Positions 41,201-53,569 of a DNA stretch of 64,000 nt are shown one piece after another. The notes beneath the pieces are model-generated. The model was not told where the DNA came from and made no database searches. It worked only from the letters and a program-made list of their open reading frames with translations. Positions within the stretch are counted from its first letter, which is position 1. Every line of letters begins with the position of its first letter. Source of the stretch: Eledone cirrhosa (Eukaryota); NCBI GenBank assembly GCA_964016885.1, contig OZ024741.1, forward strand, positions 301,692,001 through 301,756,000, read 5' to 3'. Made by a program: the position numbers and the translations under genes.

Positions 41201-42085
41201 GACGATATCCGAGCAGTTGATGTTGGAACTCGAAAAATACTGAACAACACCGGAAACTTCCACATCAACAGTGACATAGACCGCCTTTACTTGAAACGTA
41301 AGCAGGGAGGCAGAGGTCTAACATCAGTCCAGACAACATTTGAATGTCGCATCATATCTCTCCGATAACATCTACGGACCTCGAAGCGTAGGAGCCCGTT
41401 TCTCGAGCAAGTCTATCTGCATGAAACAGATAAGATCATGAGAGTTGGGAAGGAACTCCTCGAGAGATATTCCTTGTGTGATAATCAAAAACTCACACCC
41501 AGGGATGTCGCTCAGCAGTATCGCAGTGAATCGATGGATAAAAAACTGCATGCCTATCAGCAAAAAATCATGCATGGATATGTTGCCAGGAAGCTCCAGA
41601 GTGAGAGTAATATAGATTAGGAAAGTAGCCTATCTTGGACCAACAACCTCTATATTGGCTCTCACTTTGAAGGATACGCTTTTGCAATCCAGGAACAGGA
41701 GATTAACACGAAATACCTGATTCACAAAAGAGATAGGGATGCAGGCAAAACACCTAGATGTGATAATAAGTGCAGACTCTGCAGAACTAACATCCAGGAT
41801 ATCACCCATGTCATCAGCAGCTGTCCAAAGGTGTCATCGCGGTACTATCTACCTTTGAGGCATGATGTAGTGGCCAAAACACTGTACAATGCAATCCGTA
41901 AAAAATATAGCCCCGATAATAAACACATTAAAAGCTACAGCAATGTGGAAGACATCCATGTACATAATATGAAGGAGTACTGGTGGAATGTTCCAGTAAA
42001 AACCCCAATAAAATGCAAGCATAACAGACCAGATATTATGATATGGGACGGAGAAGAAAGCATGCACACTAGTGGAAATTAGCTG
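38300..42085 (+). mobile_element. Near full-length R4/Dong LINE (decayed, 3'-truncated)
   Basis: 5' UTR and N-terminal region shared with the 53570 copy. RT motifs at 40080-41090, CCHC at ~41770, RLE PD motif at ~42025. Confidence 0.92.
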
Positions 42086-42599
42086 TGTTTTCTTGTCAGA
42101 AGACTGCCATCTCTTCGTTGAATATAGCCCGGACATATGTTCGCAGGCGCTTTTCAGTCCAGCTTCTGATCTGCAAGCATGTTCACAGATCTGACTCTCG
42201 AACTGTCTGTTTGCTGGAATTAACGACTGAGGTGTGTGTTATGGTATTTTACCGCCTGCTTAGTGCACTAGCTGACTTGCAAATTAAACCAGGCTCAGTA
42301 TAATTGTACCTCGTAGGACGTGGTGTATCACCATCACGCAAGCTGCTTAATTTCTCCTTGTCTTGGGTGACTTTAGGTGATTAACTAATCCAATTCGTGA
42401 GAGAAGAAATCAGAAATGGTTTGCATACATAGTATTTCATTTCCTGTTTGATATCTGTAGGCTCAACACTTGAATCTTGTTTACCGAATTAAACATTCAA
42501 AGCGACATGCTCCACTCTCATTTGCTGAAGGACACATCATCTATTCTTGACAATCTTTCTCCCTGATACACGGTTTTCTGCCAATGCCTCCCTGGTATT

Positions 42600-43150
42600 C
42601 ACAACAATCACCAAAGTTTCAGATTGCCTTTTACGGTATCCTTAAACCACTTCCTTGGTTTATGTTGCGGCATTTCTCTCTTGTCATCTCCCCATGAAAT
42701 CTGTTTAGTCAGCCTTCCATTTCCATTCTGGTAAAAAGACCAGCCCAACACATCTAGTTCAAAATTTCCCTTTTTTTCAATACTGGTGCTGCCCGCTTTC
42801 TCGTGTACAACAGTATCATGCGTGTAGTGAACCATTTGGATTCAATACTGATGAAATATTTCCAACTGCTTTATAGGATGCCTGTAGATTGTCCACATTT
42901 CGCACAGCTGTAAGAACACACATCACATACACAAAGCTTTTCACAACTTCAAGTCTTTTTTCATCCCACGCAGATCTCGGGCTCCACATATGATTCCCCA
43001 ACTGGTGAAGTCTTCATGACCCGTGTCTTCTTTAAGCAATACACGTATCGCAGAAGATGTCGACTACCATCCATATGTCTTCTACTGAGTGAGGCAGAAG
43101 ATCTGCATCATCAACCTGAAGGAACTTTCTGACAAGAGTGTAAACTATTT
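42600..43150 (-). pseudogene. Decayed RTE-clade LINE RT C-terminal fragment
   Basis: LVRKFLQVDDADL, LEVVKSFVY, RLTKQI..G...KPRKWFKDTVKGNLK. Confidence 0.65.
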
Positions 43151-43348
43151 TTTTACTTGCTTCTTCCGTTTTTTACTTGCTTCTTCCGCTCTTCCCCCTA
43201 TTTTATAAGCTATTTCATAGCATCTCCACTCATGAAACATCAATCTTTATATTAACTTTATCTTCTCAGCGCTTTGTAAAAGTCCAAGAGATCGGCTACG
43301 TGTGCACGATGTTTATTTGTTACGATTTAAGATGGTAAGAGTTGTCAT

Positions 43349-43422
43349 GGTCCTTTAACTAAATGGTCTAAAGCACCAAGCTGGTATCTGGGAGATATGG
43401 GGTTCAATTTCTCATAGCAGCC
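43349..43422 (+). pseudogene. tRNA-like sequence inside a short direct-repeat unit
   Basis: A-box-like taactaaatggt and B-box-like ggttcaatttc. Enclosed by gttgtcat/atgacaac and by ~60-bp direct repeats at 43190-43250 and 43456-43517. Confidence 0.5.
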
Positions 43423-43551
43423 GATGACAACTTCTTTTTCCGTCTTTAAGGGGGTCTTCACCCTATTTTATAAGCTATTTTAAAGTCATTCCGCGCATGA
43501 GCACATCATTCTTTATATATGTGTGTGTGTGCGTGTGTGCGTGTGTGCGTG

Positions 43552-43667
<116 letters not shown>

Positions 43668-43844
43668 TAGCTGGCCATTCGATCTAATGAGTTACGTTGC
43701 CATTTTGCCTTGTTTTATTTCACGTCACACGAGATGTCGAAAATCACTCAAGTTTGGTGAGGTTGCCGGCTTGGTCACCGACCATGCGACAAAACGTTCT
43801 GGGTTGCCTACAGACTTCAAGCATCACGTATTATGACTTGATTT

Positions 43845-43990
43845 CTAATTTAAGCACAAGACCAGCACTCCAGTACTTGACTGGTTCTATATTTTATGAA
43901 CCCCAAAAGGATGAAAGGCAATGTTAACCTCGGCGGAATTTGAACTCAGAATGTGAAATGCCGGAACAAATACTGTAATAGCATTTTACC
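43845..43990 (-). mobile_element. tRNA-derived SINE, minus strand
   Basis: Reverse complement reads ttctgagttcaaattccgccgaggttaac..tgcctttcatcc..agtactgg..cttgtgc. Confidence 0.75.
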
Positions 43991-44570
43991 AACTTATGTA
44001 TTATGAATTGAATAGATAGTTTAAAAGCTGTGAACAATGTAGGTTTTGTTTTGTTTTTGTTTTTTTCAGTGGTATTTCTTTTGAAAGAAACCTAATCAAT
44101 TTAAAAAATTAGTAAAATATTTACCGTCATAGAATATAAATGTGATACACATTTATTTTTTTGGTAGCAGCGGTATAGTGCAGATCAGAGAATTCACTTT
44201 TGACGGTTGGGGATCTGTATCATCGTATTCGCAGCCCGGCTGCGTTTGGGAAAAGAAAATGTCCTTATCATAGTTGAGTGGTTCTGGCTTTAAGTTTGAA
44301 ACTAAACAATTTGAATTTACCAGTAGAGCTATTTACGTTTGTTTTTCGGATAAGTCGAGGTGTAGTATTTTTTATAAAATTCTGCTTGCCCACGGCATAG
44401 TTATTATCTGGTTAGTTCATAATTCGTAACAACTGAAGCGAAATTAACGCACAACTTGACCTGGGAGGAGAGAGAGGCAAAAAAGATATACTTTACACCA
44501 AATATGATTCCCTGCCAAAGGGCCTTACACTAAATTATTAAATTCACACTGTCCATTTATGAGTTGTACG

Positions 44571-44641
<71 letters not shown>

Positions 44642-44667
44642 CGTGCGTATGTATAGGAAGAGTCAGG

Positions 44668-44761
44668 ACCCCGACGGCTGAGCTCCGGCCGTTTCGTCAG
44701 CTAGAGCCGAACTAACCCACCAGTATTAGGACAGCAGGGACCTAGCTGAGCTTATCAGGGT
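44668..44761 (-). ncRNA. Hammerhead-like motif with full stem III (family F), core CTGATAA
   Basis: Reverse complement reads acc-CTGATAA-gctcagctag...ctagctgac-GAAA-cggc-cggagctca-gccg-TC-gggg. Confidence 0.65.
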
Positions 44762-44979
44762 ACAGTCCATATATGGGCATGCAGTCAAAACAAAAAAGAA
44801 AGAAATATCAAATCAAACAATCCTTAAAATGTGTTGTTTTTCTTGTCTGGTCAATGATTTTGGGATGTCATGTACATGGTTAAATTCCTTCATAGCGGCG
44901 GGAGTTAGGGCTGAACTGACGTGTAGAACAAAGGGAGGGAGTAAGATGACATTCAGATCTGTGGGTATATATATATATA

Positions 44980-45170
44980 TCAGATAGGGTGTGGCAAAAT
45001 CCAGGTAGACCATAACCTACCAGAGTACTCGATACTTGGGGTAGTAGAGTGGGTAGTATGAAAAGATTCAGGACCCCGACGGCTGAGCTCCGGCTGTTTC
45101 AACAGCTAAATCCGAACTCCAGCTGTTGAATCGGCAGGAGCTCACCCGTCGGGATCCTGAATCTTTTCAT
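44980..45170 (-). mobile_element. Family F fold-back (45057-45170) with minus-strand tail
   Basis: Imperfect palindrome. The tail tactacccactctactaccccaagtatcgagtactc matches the tail at 46514-46591. Confidence 0.75.
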
Positions 45171-45183
45171 ATGTGTGTGTAAT

Positions 45184-45272
<89 letters not shown>

Positions 45273-45595
45273 ACAGGGAGAAAAAGACGATTATTAGAAA
45301 GAAAAATATATCTTTTTCCCTTTTTATTTATTTCTCTGGGGTTAGAAAAGGATTAAAACGAAATATTTTACTTTGTGTGAAGTGTTAAGGTATTAGTTGA
45401 TTTATTTATTATAAATATATAAATAAATAAATAAATGGTATTGTTAATTAATAAATAAATCAACTAATACCTTAACACTTCACACAAAGTAAAATATTTC
45501 GTTTTAATCATTTTCTAACCCAGAAAAAAAGAGAGAAAGAAATAAAACGGGGGAAAAATATTTTTCTTCCTAATAATCGTCTTTTTCTCTGTTTT

Positions 45596-45656
<61 letters not shown>

Positions 45657-45712
45657 CCTAACTCGTGTGGTTCATCTCAACATTTTATTATATATATATA
45701 TATATATATATA

Positions 45713-45779
<67 letters not shown>

Positions 45780-45879
45780 ATAATGTGCGTGTATTTTTAA
45801 TTTACAAAGCACGTAATCATTCGAAGATACAGCGTACAGCGACCGCAATTTGAACCATTACGACTCATTATTAGCAGCA

Positions 45880-46050
45880 ACGGTAGAGGGTCGGACGCCA
45901 TGCTTTGCAGCATAGTGTTACGGCCCTTTATGGTCTGAGTTCAAATCCCGCCGAGGTTATCTTTGCCTTTCATCATTACGGGGTCGATAAAATAAAGTAC
46001 CAGTAATGTACTGGGTAATTGTTGGCCTTGTGCCAAAAGTAGAAACAAGT
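45880..46050 (+). mobile_element. tRNA-derived SINE
   Basis: ctgagttcaaatcccgccgagg..tttgcctttcatc..ggggtcgataaaataaagtaccag..ggccttgtgccaaaa. Confidence 0.8.
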
Positions 46051-46234
46051 ATCAGTATGCCGATTGAAAGAAACCATTATACGAAACATCCTGTTTAAAT
46101 TACACGTGGATGAACATATGACAGCTGTGTTGAGAACACTCTAAACAAAGGCAACACAAACAAAAAAGCACATACATACACACGTAGTAAGAATGTATTT
46201 ATGCATCCCTCTATTTATTTTGTTTTACTTTTTC

Positions 46235-46347
<113 letters not shown>

Positions 46348-46384
46348 TAGTGTTTATATAGATATGAGTATATATATATATATA

Positions 46385-46589
46385 TAGGAACGAGTAGGGC
46401 CCCGACGGCTGAGCTCAAGCCGTTTCGACGGCTAATTCTGGACTAAAATTTTAGTCCAGAATTAGCCGTCGAAACGGCTTGAGCTCAGCCGTCGGGGTCC
46501 TACTCGTTCCTATTACCCACTCTACTACCCTAAGTATTGAGTACTTTGGTGCGTTATGGTCCACTTGGTTCCTTACCACATTTCCTTCG

Positions 46590-46591
<2 letters not shown>
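46385..46591 (+). mobile_element. Family F fold-back mini-element (~65-bp arms centred ~46448, tail 46514-46591)
   Basis: taggaacgagtagggccccgacgg...gactaaaa/ttttagtc...ccgtcggggtcctactcgttccta. Confidence 0.88.
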
Positions 46592-46673
<82 letters not shown>

Positions 46674-46802
46674 TATGTTTCTTTTTCCTTGTCCTGATGA
46701 TGAAAACTGCGTTTGTATGTACATACACACAAAAATACATACATATATATATATGTAAGTGTATATATATGAATAGTGTTTATATAGATATGAGTATATA
46801 TA

Positions 46803-46896
<94 letters not shown>

Positions 46897-46987
46897 ATAT
46901 ATATATGAATATGTTTCCTCCCCTAGCTTGAAAATTTTACATTACAAGCAGAGCGACTCCATCTTCAAACTGTATATATATATAAAT

Positions 46988-47097
<110 letters not shown>

Positions 47098-47490
47098 TTT
47101 GAAGATGGAGTCGCTCTGCTTGTAATGTAAAATTTTCAAGCTAGCCTCAAGTGGAGATGAAAAGTGAGCAATGAAGAAGTGGCACTTGTCGTTCGTACTT
47201 GACCGACTATATTGAATAATTTCAACGAAGAAGGTCAACTAAAAGGTTAAATACAATGTATTCCGTCGGCGATAAAAAAACTATATAGAAAGTGATGTAC
47301 CACGAGAGAAAGAGTATAAGTTAGTGTGAAGGAGAATGAAAAAAATAAAGGAAGCATTGCTAGCGTTGGAATATAAAACATAAAATTAGAATTGAGATAG
47401 AATGAGAGAGTTTTCATTAAGAGTGCAGTAAACTGATTAACAATTCGGTAAAAATATATGTATTTGAATGTATAGGTCAGACGGATATAC

Positions 47491-47566
<76 letters not shown>

Positions 47567-47617
47567 GTATATATATATGTATATATATATGTGTGTGTAT
47601 ATATATATATATATATA

Positions 47618-48240
47618 TTAGAATTGGGGCTCTGAAATAGCGATATATATATGAATGTATATATAGTGTATTTTGCAATACACTGTATGCTTAATTAAAA
47701 GTATTTTCTCCCCTGTTTGCTGAAAATTAAAGTAAGTGAGAATGTCACTACTCTAATACAATAGCATAAGGTCTTCGAGAAGCTTTTAATTAAGCATACA
47801 GTGTATTGCAAAATACACTATATATACATTCATATATATATCGCTTTTTCAGAGCACCAATTCTAATTTTCAATTTCTGCTTGACCGGCAACCGCTCTGT
47901 ATAATCAGTTCCTGATTACTACTCGAATTCTATAAGAATTAAACATTCATGATTTTCAGCAAACAGGCGGAGTACTTAGCTTTGATAAGCACCAAAAAGT
48001 GCGAAACAGAGCTCTGTCAGCTTTATCTCCCCTTTTTGCTGAAAATTAAAGTAAGTGAGACTGTCACTACTCTAATACAATAGCGTAAGGTCTTCGAAAT
48101 GCTTTTAATTAAGCATACAGTGTATTGCAAAATACACTATATATACATTCATATATATATATATATATATATATGAATGTATGGATAAATATACTATACA
48201 TACATTCATGTATACATGGCTATTTCAGAGCACCAATCCT
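47618..48240 (+). mobile_element. Retrozyme-like element: 319-bp tandem unit with variant HHR and inverted 5' stub (47618-47706)
   Basis: Unit repeats at 47707 and 48026. A second locus lies at 61346-61745. Confidence 0.85.
47978..48022 (+). ncRNA. Variant hammerhead ribozyme (U3-A8 core)
   Basis: agct-TTGATAA-gcac-caaaaa-gtgc-GAAA-cagagctctg-TC-agct. Stem I is extended by ttttcagcaaa../..tttgctgaaaa. Confidence 0.85.
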
Positions 48241-48298
48241 GATATATATATATAAATAATAAATACAAAGACCAAACTACAAAGAGGACTCGATAAAG

Positions 48299-48331
<33 letters not shown>

Positions 48332-48374
48332 AGTATATGTATATATGCGCATATGTCTAGATTTCGGTTGTCTT

Positions 48375-48875
48375 TTGCTTTTGATTATTTTCAAAAGCAA
48401 AAGACAAACGAAATCACTGAAAACATTACTCGCCAATGCCAAATTACCTACCACACACCCACAACCAACTGTCAAAAAATGTGGTCGCTCTAATTGTGCA
48501 ACCTGCACTCACCTCATTGAAGGCAACATGTATACATTTAATTCAGGACAAAATTTTGCTGTAAAAATTCACTTCACTTGCTCATCAAAAAATCTACTTT
48601 ATACCATTAAATGTAAAGGATGCAATGAAGATTATATAGGACAAACTAAACTCACACTCAGAAACAGAATGACAGTTCATCGCCAACAATTACGAGATCC
48701 TACGATAAGACAGATACCACTAAGCGCACATCTAGACATATGCGCAAGTAATAAGACACCCAAATTCCAAGTCTTCCCATTTTACCTTTGCGCTAACAAT
48801 ACAACAGAACAAATACTAATAAATAAGGAAAATATGTTTATTCAAAAATATAGACCAGCATTAAATATGGTTTAA
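48375..48875 (+). pseudogene. 5'-truncated Neptune-like PLE linker + GIY-YIG endonuclease
   Basis: SKRQTKSLKTLL..KKCGRSNCATC..FTCSSKNLLYTIKCKGC..DYIGQT..LRNRMTVH..SAHLDIC..KENMFIQKYRPALN. Confidence 0.9.
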
Positions 48876-49499
48876 TATACATTATGTCAACACGATAACA
48901 TGCTAACCGTCCAAGCATAGACACACGCATAACACCTGCTACTTTAGAAAATAAAAACCCGAACTAAATAAACCTTAACATACGTTTGCGCTGACAATAC
49001 AACAGAACAAATACGAATAAGTAAGGAAAATATGTTCATTCAAAAATATTCCTACTAAAGGAATCCTTTTCCTACACCCACACACACAATATATATATAT
49101 TCTCTGCATCTTAACATGCTAACCATACTCCCACACACGCATAACACCCATACACACACATAACAACCCCCACTTCCACACACGCACAACTCCCTCCTCC
49201 ATGTCTACTAAGAGAATCACTTTCCTACACATATATACACACACAATATATATATTCTCTCCATCTTAACATACTCCCACACACATAACACCCATATATA
49301 CACACACACAACTCTCTCCCCCATTTCTACTAATAGAATCATCTTCCAATACACACACACACAAGCACACAAATAAACATACATATCTTTACTTTCTTTA
49401 TTTCAATAGAAAATCTGAATTCTGACACCCCAGAACAATTCTTCCATCCCATTTCTCGTGACCATTATCTTTTGCTTGTCATAAAATTCTCTAAAAAGG

Positions 49500-49830
49500 C
49501 TACCAAATAGATTTCCAAATAAGGGCGCGAAATTTAATGAAAACTTGTTCACGTGACAGCCATAATTTCATTTATAACCAATCAAATTACGTATTTTTTT
49601 TTTAAAAAAGCCTTCGTGAGCCCCTTTTTTTAAGTAAAAAGAAATTCAAACACTCATGTATAAAAAAACAACCTGAGACCCCCTCCCCCTTTGTTTGAAG
49701 AACTTTGTAACGCGAACTGGCGCGAAATTTATTATAATTATTGACCAACCAATCAAATTACTTCTCTAAAAACCTGGGATTTCGACCCACTTTTTCCATA
49801 TAAAACAAGTAACATTCAAAGACCAACCAG
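49500..49830 (+). promoter_or_regulatory. Putative Pol II promoter in the family H pLTR: 2x E2F-like, 2x CCAAT, E-box, TATA
   Basis: GGCGCGAAA at 49524 and 49719; AACCAATCA with CCAAT at 49578 and 49749; TCACGTGA at 49549; TATAAAA at 49799; CA dinucleotide at 49828-49829, 30 nt downstream of the TATA T. Confidence 0.65.
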
Positions 49831-49866
49831 ATGTGAGAAAAACCACAGACCCTCCATCTCAACTCT

Positions 49867-49904
49867 ACTTTTGAAAAGCAGAAGAACTGCGAAACCGGTA
49901 AAGG
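49867..49904 (+). ncRNA. Variant hammerhead ribozyme (U3-A8 core) of family H
   Basis: ctt-TTGAAAA-gcag-aagaa-ctgc-GAAA-ccgg-TA-aag. Confidence 0.78.
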
Positions 49905-50259
49905 AACCAAATAAATATATATATTTTTTTTTTTAATAAAACTCCAGTTGCATTTTCGATTTCATCTTTTATTCTTTATACTTTCACTCGTGTAGGACAC
50001 CTCGGTTATTTTTCATTTTGAAAAAAAACCTCACTTTCTAATATATATATATGGGATAACAAGTTATCGTTATAGGTAATCCCGTTAGAGGTAGTCCAGT
50101 TAGAGTATTCCGTGTTGTGGATGGTTTTAACGTGTGGCTTAGTTTGACTCAACAAGACGCTTCCATAGTAATGTATCGAGTTCGCGGTAATTTCTATGCA
50201 GGTAATTAAAGAAAGAAGAGTAACATGGTTGACTGTACAATAAGGGCTTTATTCACAGT

Positions 50260-50366
50260 TCTGACAATTGTTTCGTTGGTCTGGTGGGTCTAGAGTTCGC
50301 TAATCGCTTGACGCTACGTCAATCGATTTCCAATACTTTGTTTACAACCAGTCAATACATCAGAGC
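50260..50366 (-). ncRNA. Degenerate HHR with long stem II in a minus-strand PLE UTR (~50052-50985)
   Basis: Reverse complement reads ct-CTGATGT-attgactgg...aatcgattgacgtagcgtcaagcgatt...ccagaccaac-GAAA-caattg-TC-ag. Confidence 0.6.
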
Positions 50367-50985
50367 AAATGGATATGAGAATAATACGCAAGGCATGGCT
50401 TTTATAGAAGAGTGGTGTTAAACCAAAACAATAACATCAGTAACAAAATATCTAGATAGTGAATAATTAAAACTAACATCAGTAATAATAAAAAATTGAA
50501 CATAATAATAAAACACGCATGGTAAATAAACAGAGATGATGCAGATGTATGAAGTGACATGCGAAATCTACCATAGGGTACATTAGAAGTAGTAATAGTA
50601 CTAACGGAATGAATTAACGTAGATAAAGGGATAAATAATAAAATGTACTTAGAGTCAGATTTTAGGATCTCCACTTTAAGTGCAATTATGAGAGATTTAG
50701 ATACAAATGATCTGTGGGTATGAAACAAGACAACAATAAAACGGAGACTGATTTATGGTTGACAGATAAATGCTTGTAGTAGGTATTTTCTCCTGTTGTA
50801 TTAACCTAGTGATATTGGTGGAGGGAGTGTATAGAGATTTATGGTTCTATGGTGGCTGGTATTAAGTGAAATTGTGGATTCAGTATGTTAAGGTTTAGGT
50901 GGTTTATTCTAAATTTTGGGATTGCTATACTGTATTTTGTTATTGATGTTGCGAAAATTAAACCCCCATGATTCGAACTACCAAT

Positions 50986-51110
<125 letters not shown>

Positions 51111-51153
51111 AAATGGCTTAAGCATTACAATACAATGGGAGGAAACATAATAG

Positions 51154-51197
51154 TACCACTGATGATGTCACAGATGTGTGGCGAAAGAACTTTGATA
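51154..51197 (+). ncRNA. Hammerhead ribozyme related to the one at 26052, in a solo pLTR (~51105-51390)
   Basis: tacca-CTGATGA-t-gtcaca/tgtggc-GAAA-gaac-TT-tgata. The tail atgaccctccc.aagtataacaatat is shared with ~26237. Confidence 0.68.
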
Positions 51198-51382
51198 GAC
51201 TATATATATATTTATATCTGTATTTTTACTCATTGGTCAATCAATGATAAACATTGATTGCCAGATAAATTAAGTATGGAGATATAAAAGTTACAGAAGC
51301 GAAAACCATCCCAAACCAAACAGTGAGTGTGTTCTGTTATTATTTCTGACAATATTATAACAATATGACCCTCCCTAAGTAT

Positions 51383-51441
<59 letters not shown>

Positions 51442-52542
51442 TATATACAGACCCGTAGAGCAAATATTTATTATTAGTGCAGATTAAAAATTTAAGCTAT
51501 GAATTTCTACTTTCACTCGAAGCGGTGTGTGTGTTAACTGTGTGGGGTAAAACAGCCATCCCATACAAACTAGGTGTAAAGTGACAACACTGCAAAGGGT
51601 TAGGGATGCCTCACGCTGTGGACGTTAACTACAGTCGCTGTAGAATCAAGCACTTATGCGCTAGCGTGCCATTGCTCACGGTCTATACTTCTGTGGATGG
51701 GGCATATTACAGATGCAATCAGCTGATGGGTCAACATTTTTTTAGGAACATTGGCATGTAATTTGACTGCTTTCCAGAGCTCTTCCTCCAAATTCTCAGT
51801 GTACCTGAGAACGTTAAGTAGGAAAATCTGGAAATGCCATATATCATACAACTGGTATGTCTATAGTTGATCTGCTATAGAGAGTGTTATTTACTGTATG
51901 CAGATCACGCTGAAATCGGAAGATACCAGAGATAATATAATTTATATATCACCAGCAGTTGATACCGGTAATGTATCAAAAGAATAGAAGGATACGTACA
52001 CCATTCTCGTGTTCAGGAAGGGATATAGAAATGAATAATAAAACTATCAAGAGGTTCCTCTACTTGTTGTATTCAAGAAAATTATAGGTGTAGTATTGAA
52101 AAATAAAATGAATGAAAAACTCAATAGTTCTGCCTGAAATTAAATTTAGCTTCAATAGATGCAGAATGATTATGTGTGTAATGTCAGCAGATCTAAATGG
52201 AATGTATTGAACATAACAGCACATTATGTGACCTGTGTGACTATGATCGAGAGCCGATGCATTAGCATAACCGCTAAATTACAAATGATCTCTCTGTGTA
52301 CAAATACGTTCAGTCAACGTGTTATGCTTTTAAAATGTAACATGGAGATTTTTAAATCAGAATAGCAATAGTAATGAAAATTTCAAAATCATAGTAGAAG
52401 TATTTCCTCGAGCAAAAATAGAAGAAAGGGTTCAATGAAATAGAATATCTTAATTTCAGTTAGATAATGTAACAAAATATGAAGAGGCATGAACAAATTA
52501 ATATTTGAAAAAATACAAAAGAAATACACATATATTAAAATG

Positions 52543-52620
<78 letters not shown>

Positions 52621-52809
52621 CTGCCTGTATATATATGTGTGTGTGTGTCTATCTGTCTGTGTGTGTGTCGATGTGTCTGTGTGTGTGTATGTCTATCTGT
52701 TTGTGTGTCTGTGTCTATGTATCTGTGTGTGTGTCTATATGTCTGTATGTGTGTGTATAGTTCCGTCGGGGTGTATTATTTGGAAATTGGAATGTTCCAT
52801 ATATGGCAA

Positions 52810-53460
52810 TAGGAGCCCTTTGTTCAATCAAGAGATCAAAGATGCCGTCCGAACAAAGAAGACGGCCCTAAAAAGCTTGGCTTGTAAATAAGTCCTCCTT
52901 GCACTTGCAGTACAAGCAGGCACGAATAATCGCAGCAGAGACAGTAAAGGCATCCAAAGTTATGACATTTGTGGACTTTGGGTTAAGCTGGAATTCGACT
53001 TCAGATCAGCAAATAAAGTGTTCTGGCATACCATCGCCGACTTCGTATGAAGAAGTCCTCCTCCACACTTATCAGGAACATGTCTGGGATTCTCCTCTCT
53101 TCAGAGAGAATATTTTGCTGATCTCCTAAACTCGATCCCAATAGCATCTTTTGATGTACATGAGGTGCATCTAGGAGCGGTGACTAATCTCTCGGGGGCT
53201 AAAGTCACACGATCAGTTAAAGGGCTCAAATGTAGCTAGGTCGCTGGAAAGATGAAATACAACCCGAAATATTAAAAGCCTTAAATAGAGAAAGTATTCT
53301 CTGGAAAGGCCCCTAAGAACTGGCAAACGATAGTGATAATACCATTTTTTAAAAAGGGAGACAAGTGAGATTGTTAAGCCTCCCCGGTAAAGTCTATACT
53401 AAGCGTCTAGCAAAGAGATAACCATAAATAATCGGGGAAAGTATCCCTAGTGACGGAAAA
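52810..53460 (+). pseudogene. Decayed RTE (Rex3/Expander-like) LINE fragment
   Basis: FNQEIKDAVRTKK, DEIQPEILKALN, PKNWQTIVIIPFFKKGD, LLSLPGKVYTKRL. Confidence 0.75.
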
Positions 53461-53569
53461 AACGGAATAGAGACATATATAGCCATACATACATCTCCAT
53501 ACATACATACATACATACATACATACATACATACATACATACATACATACATACATACATACATACATC

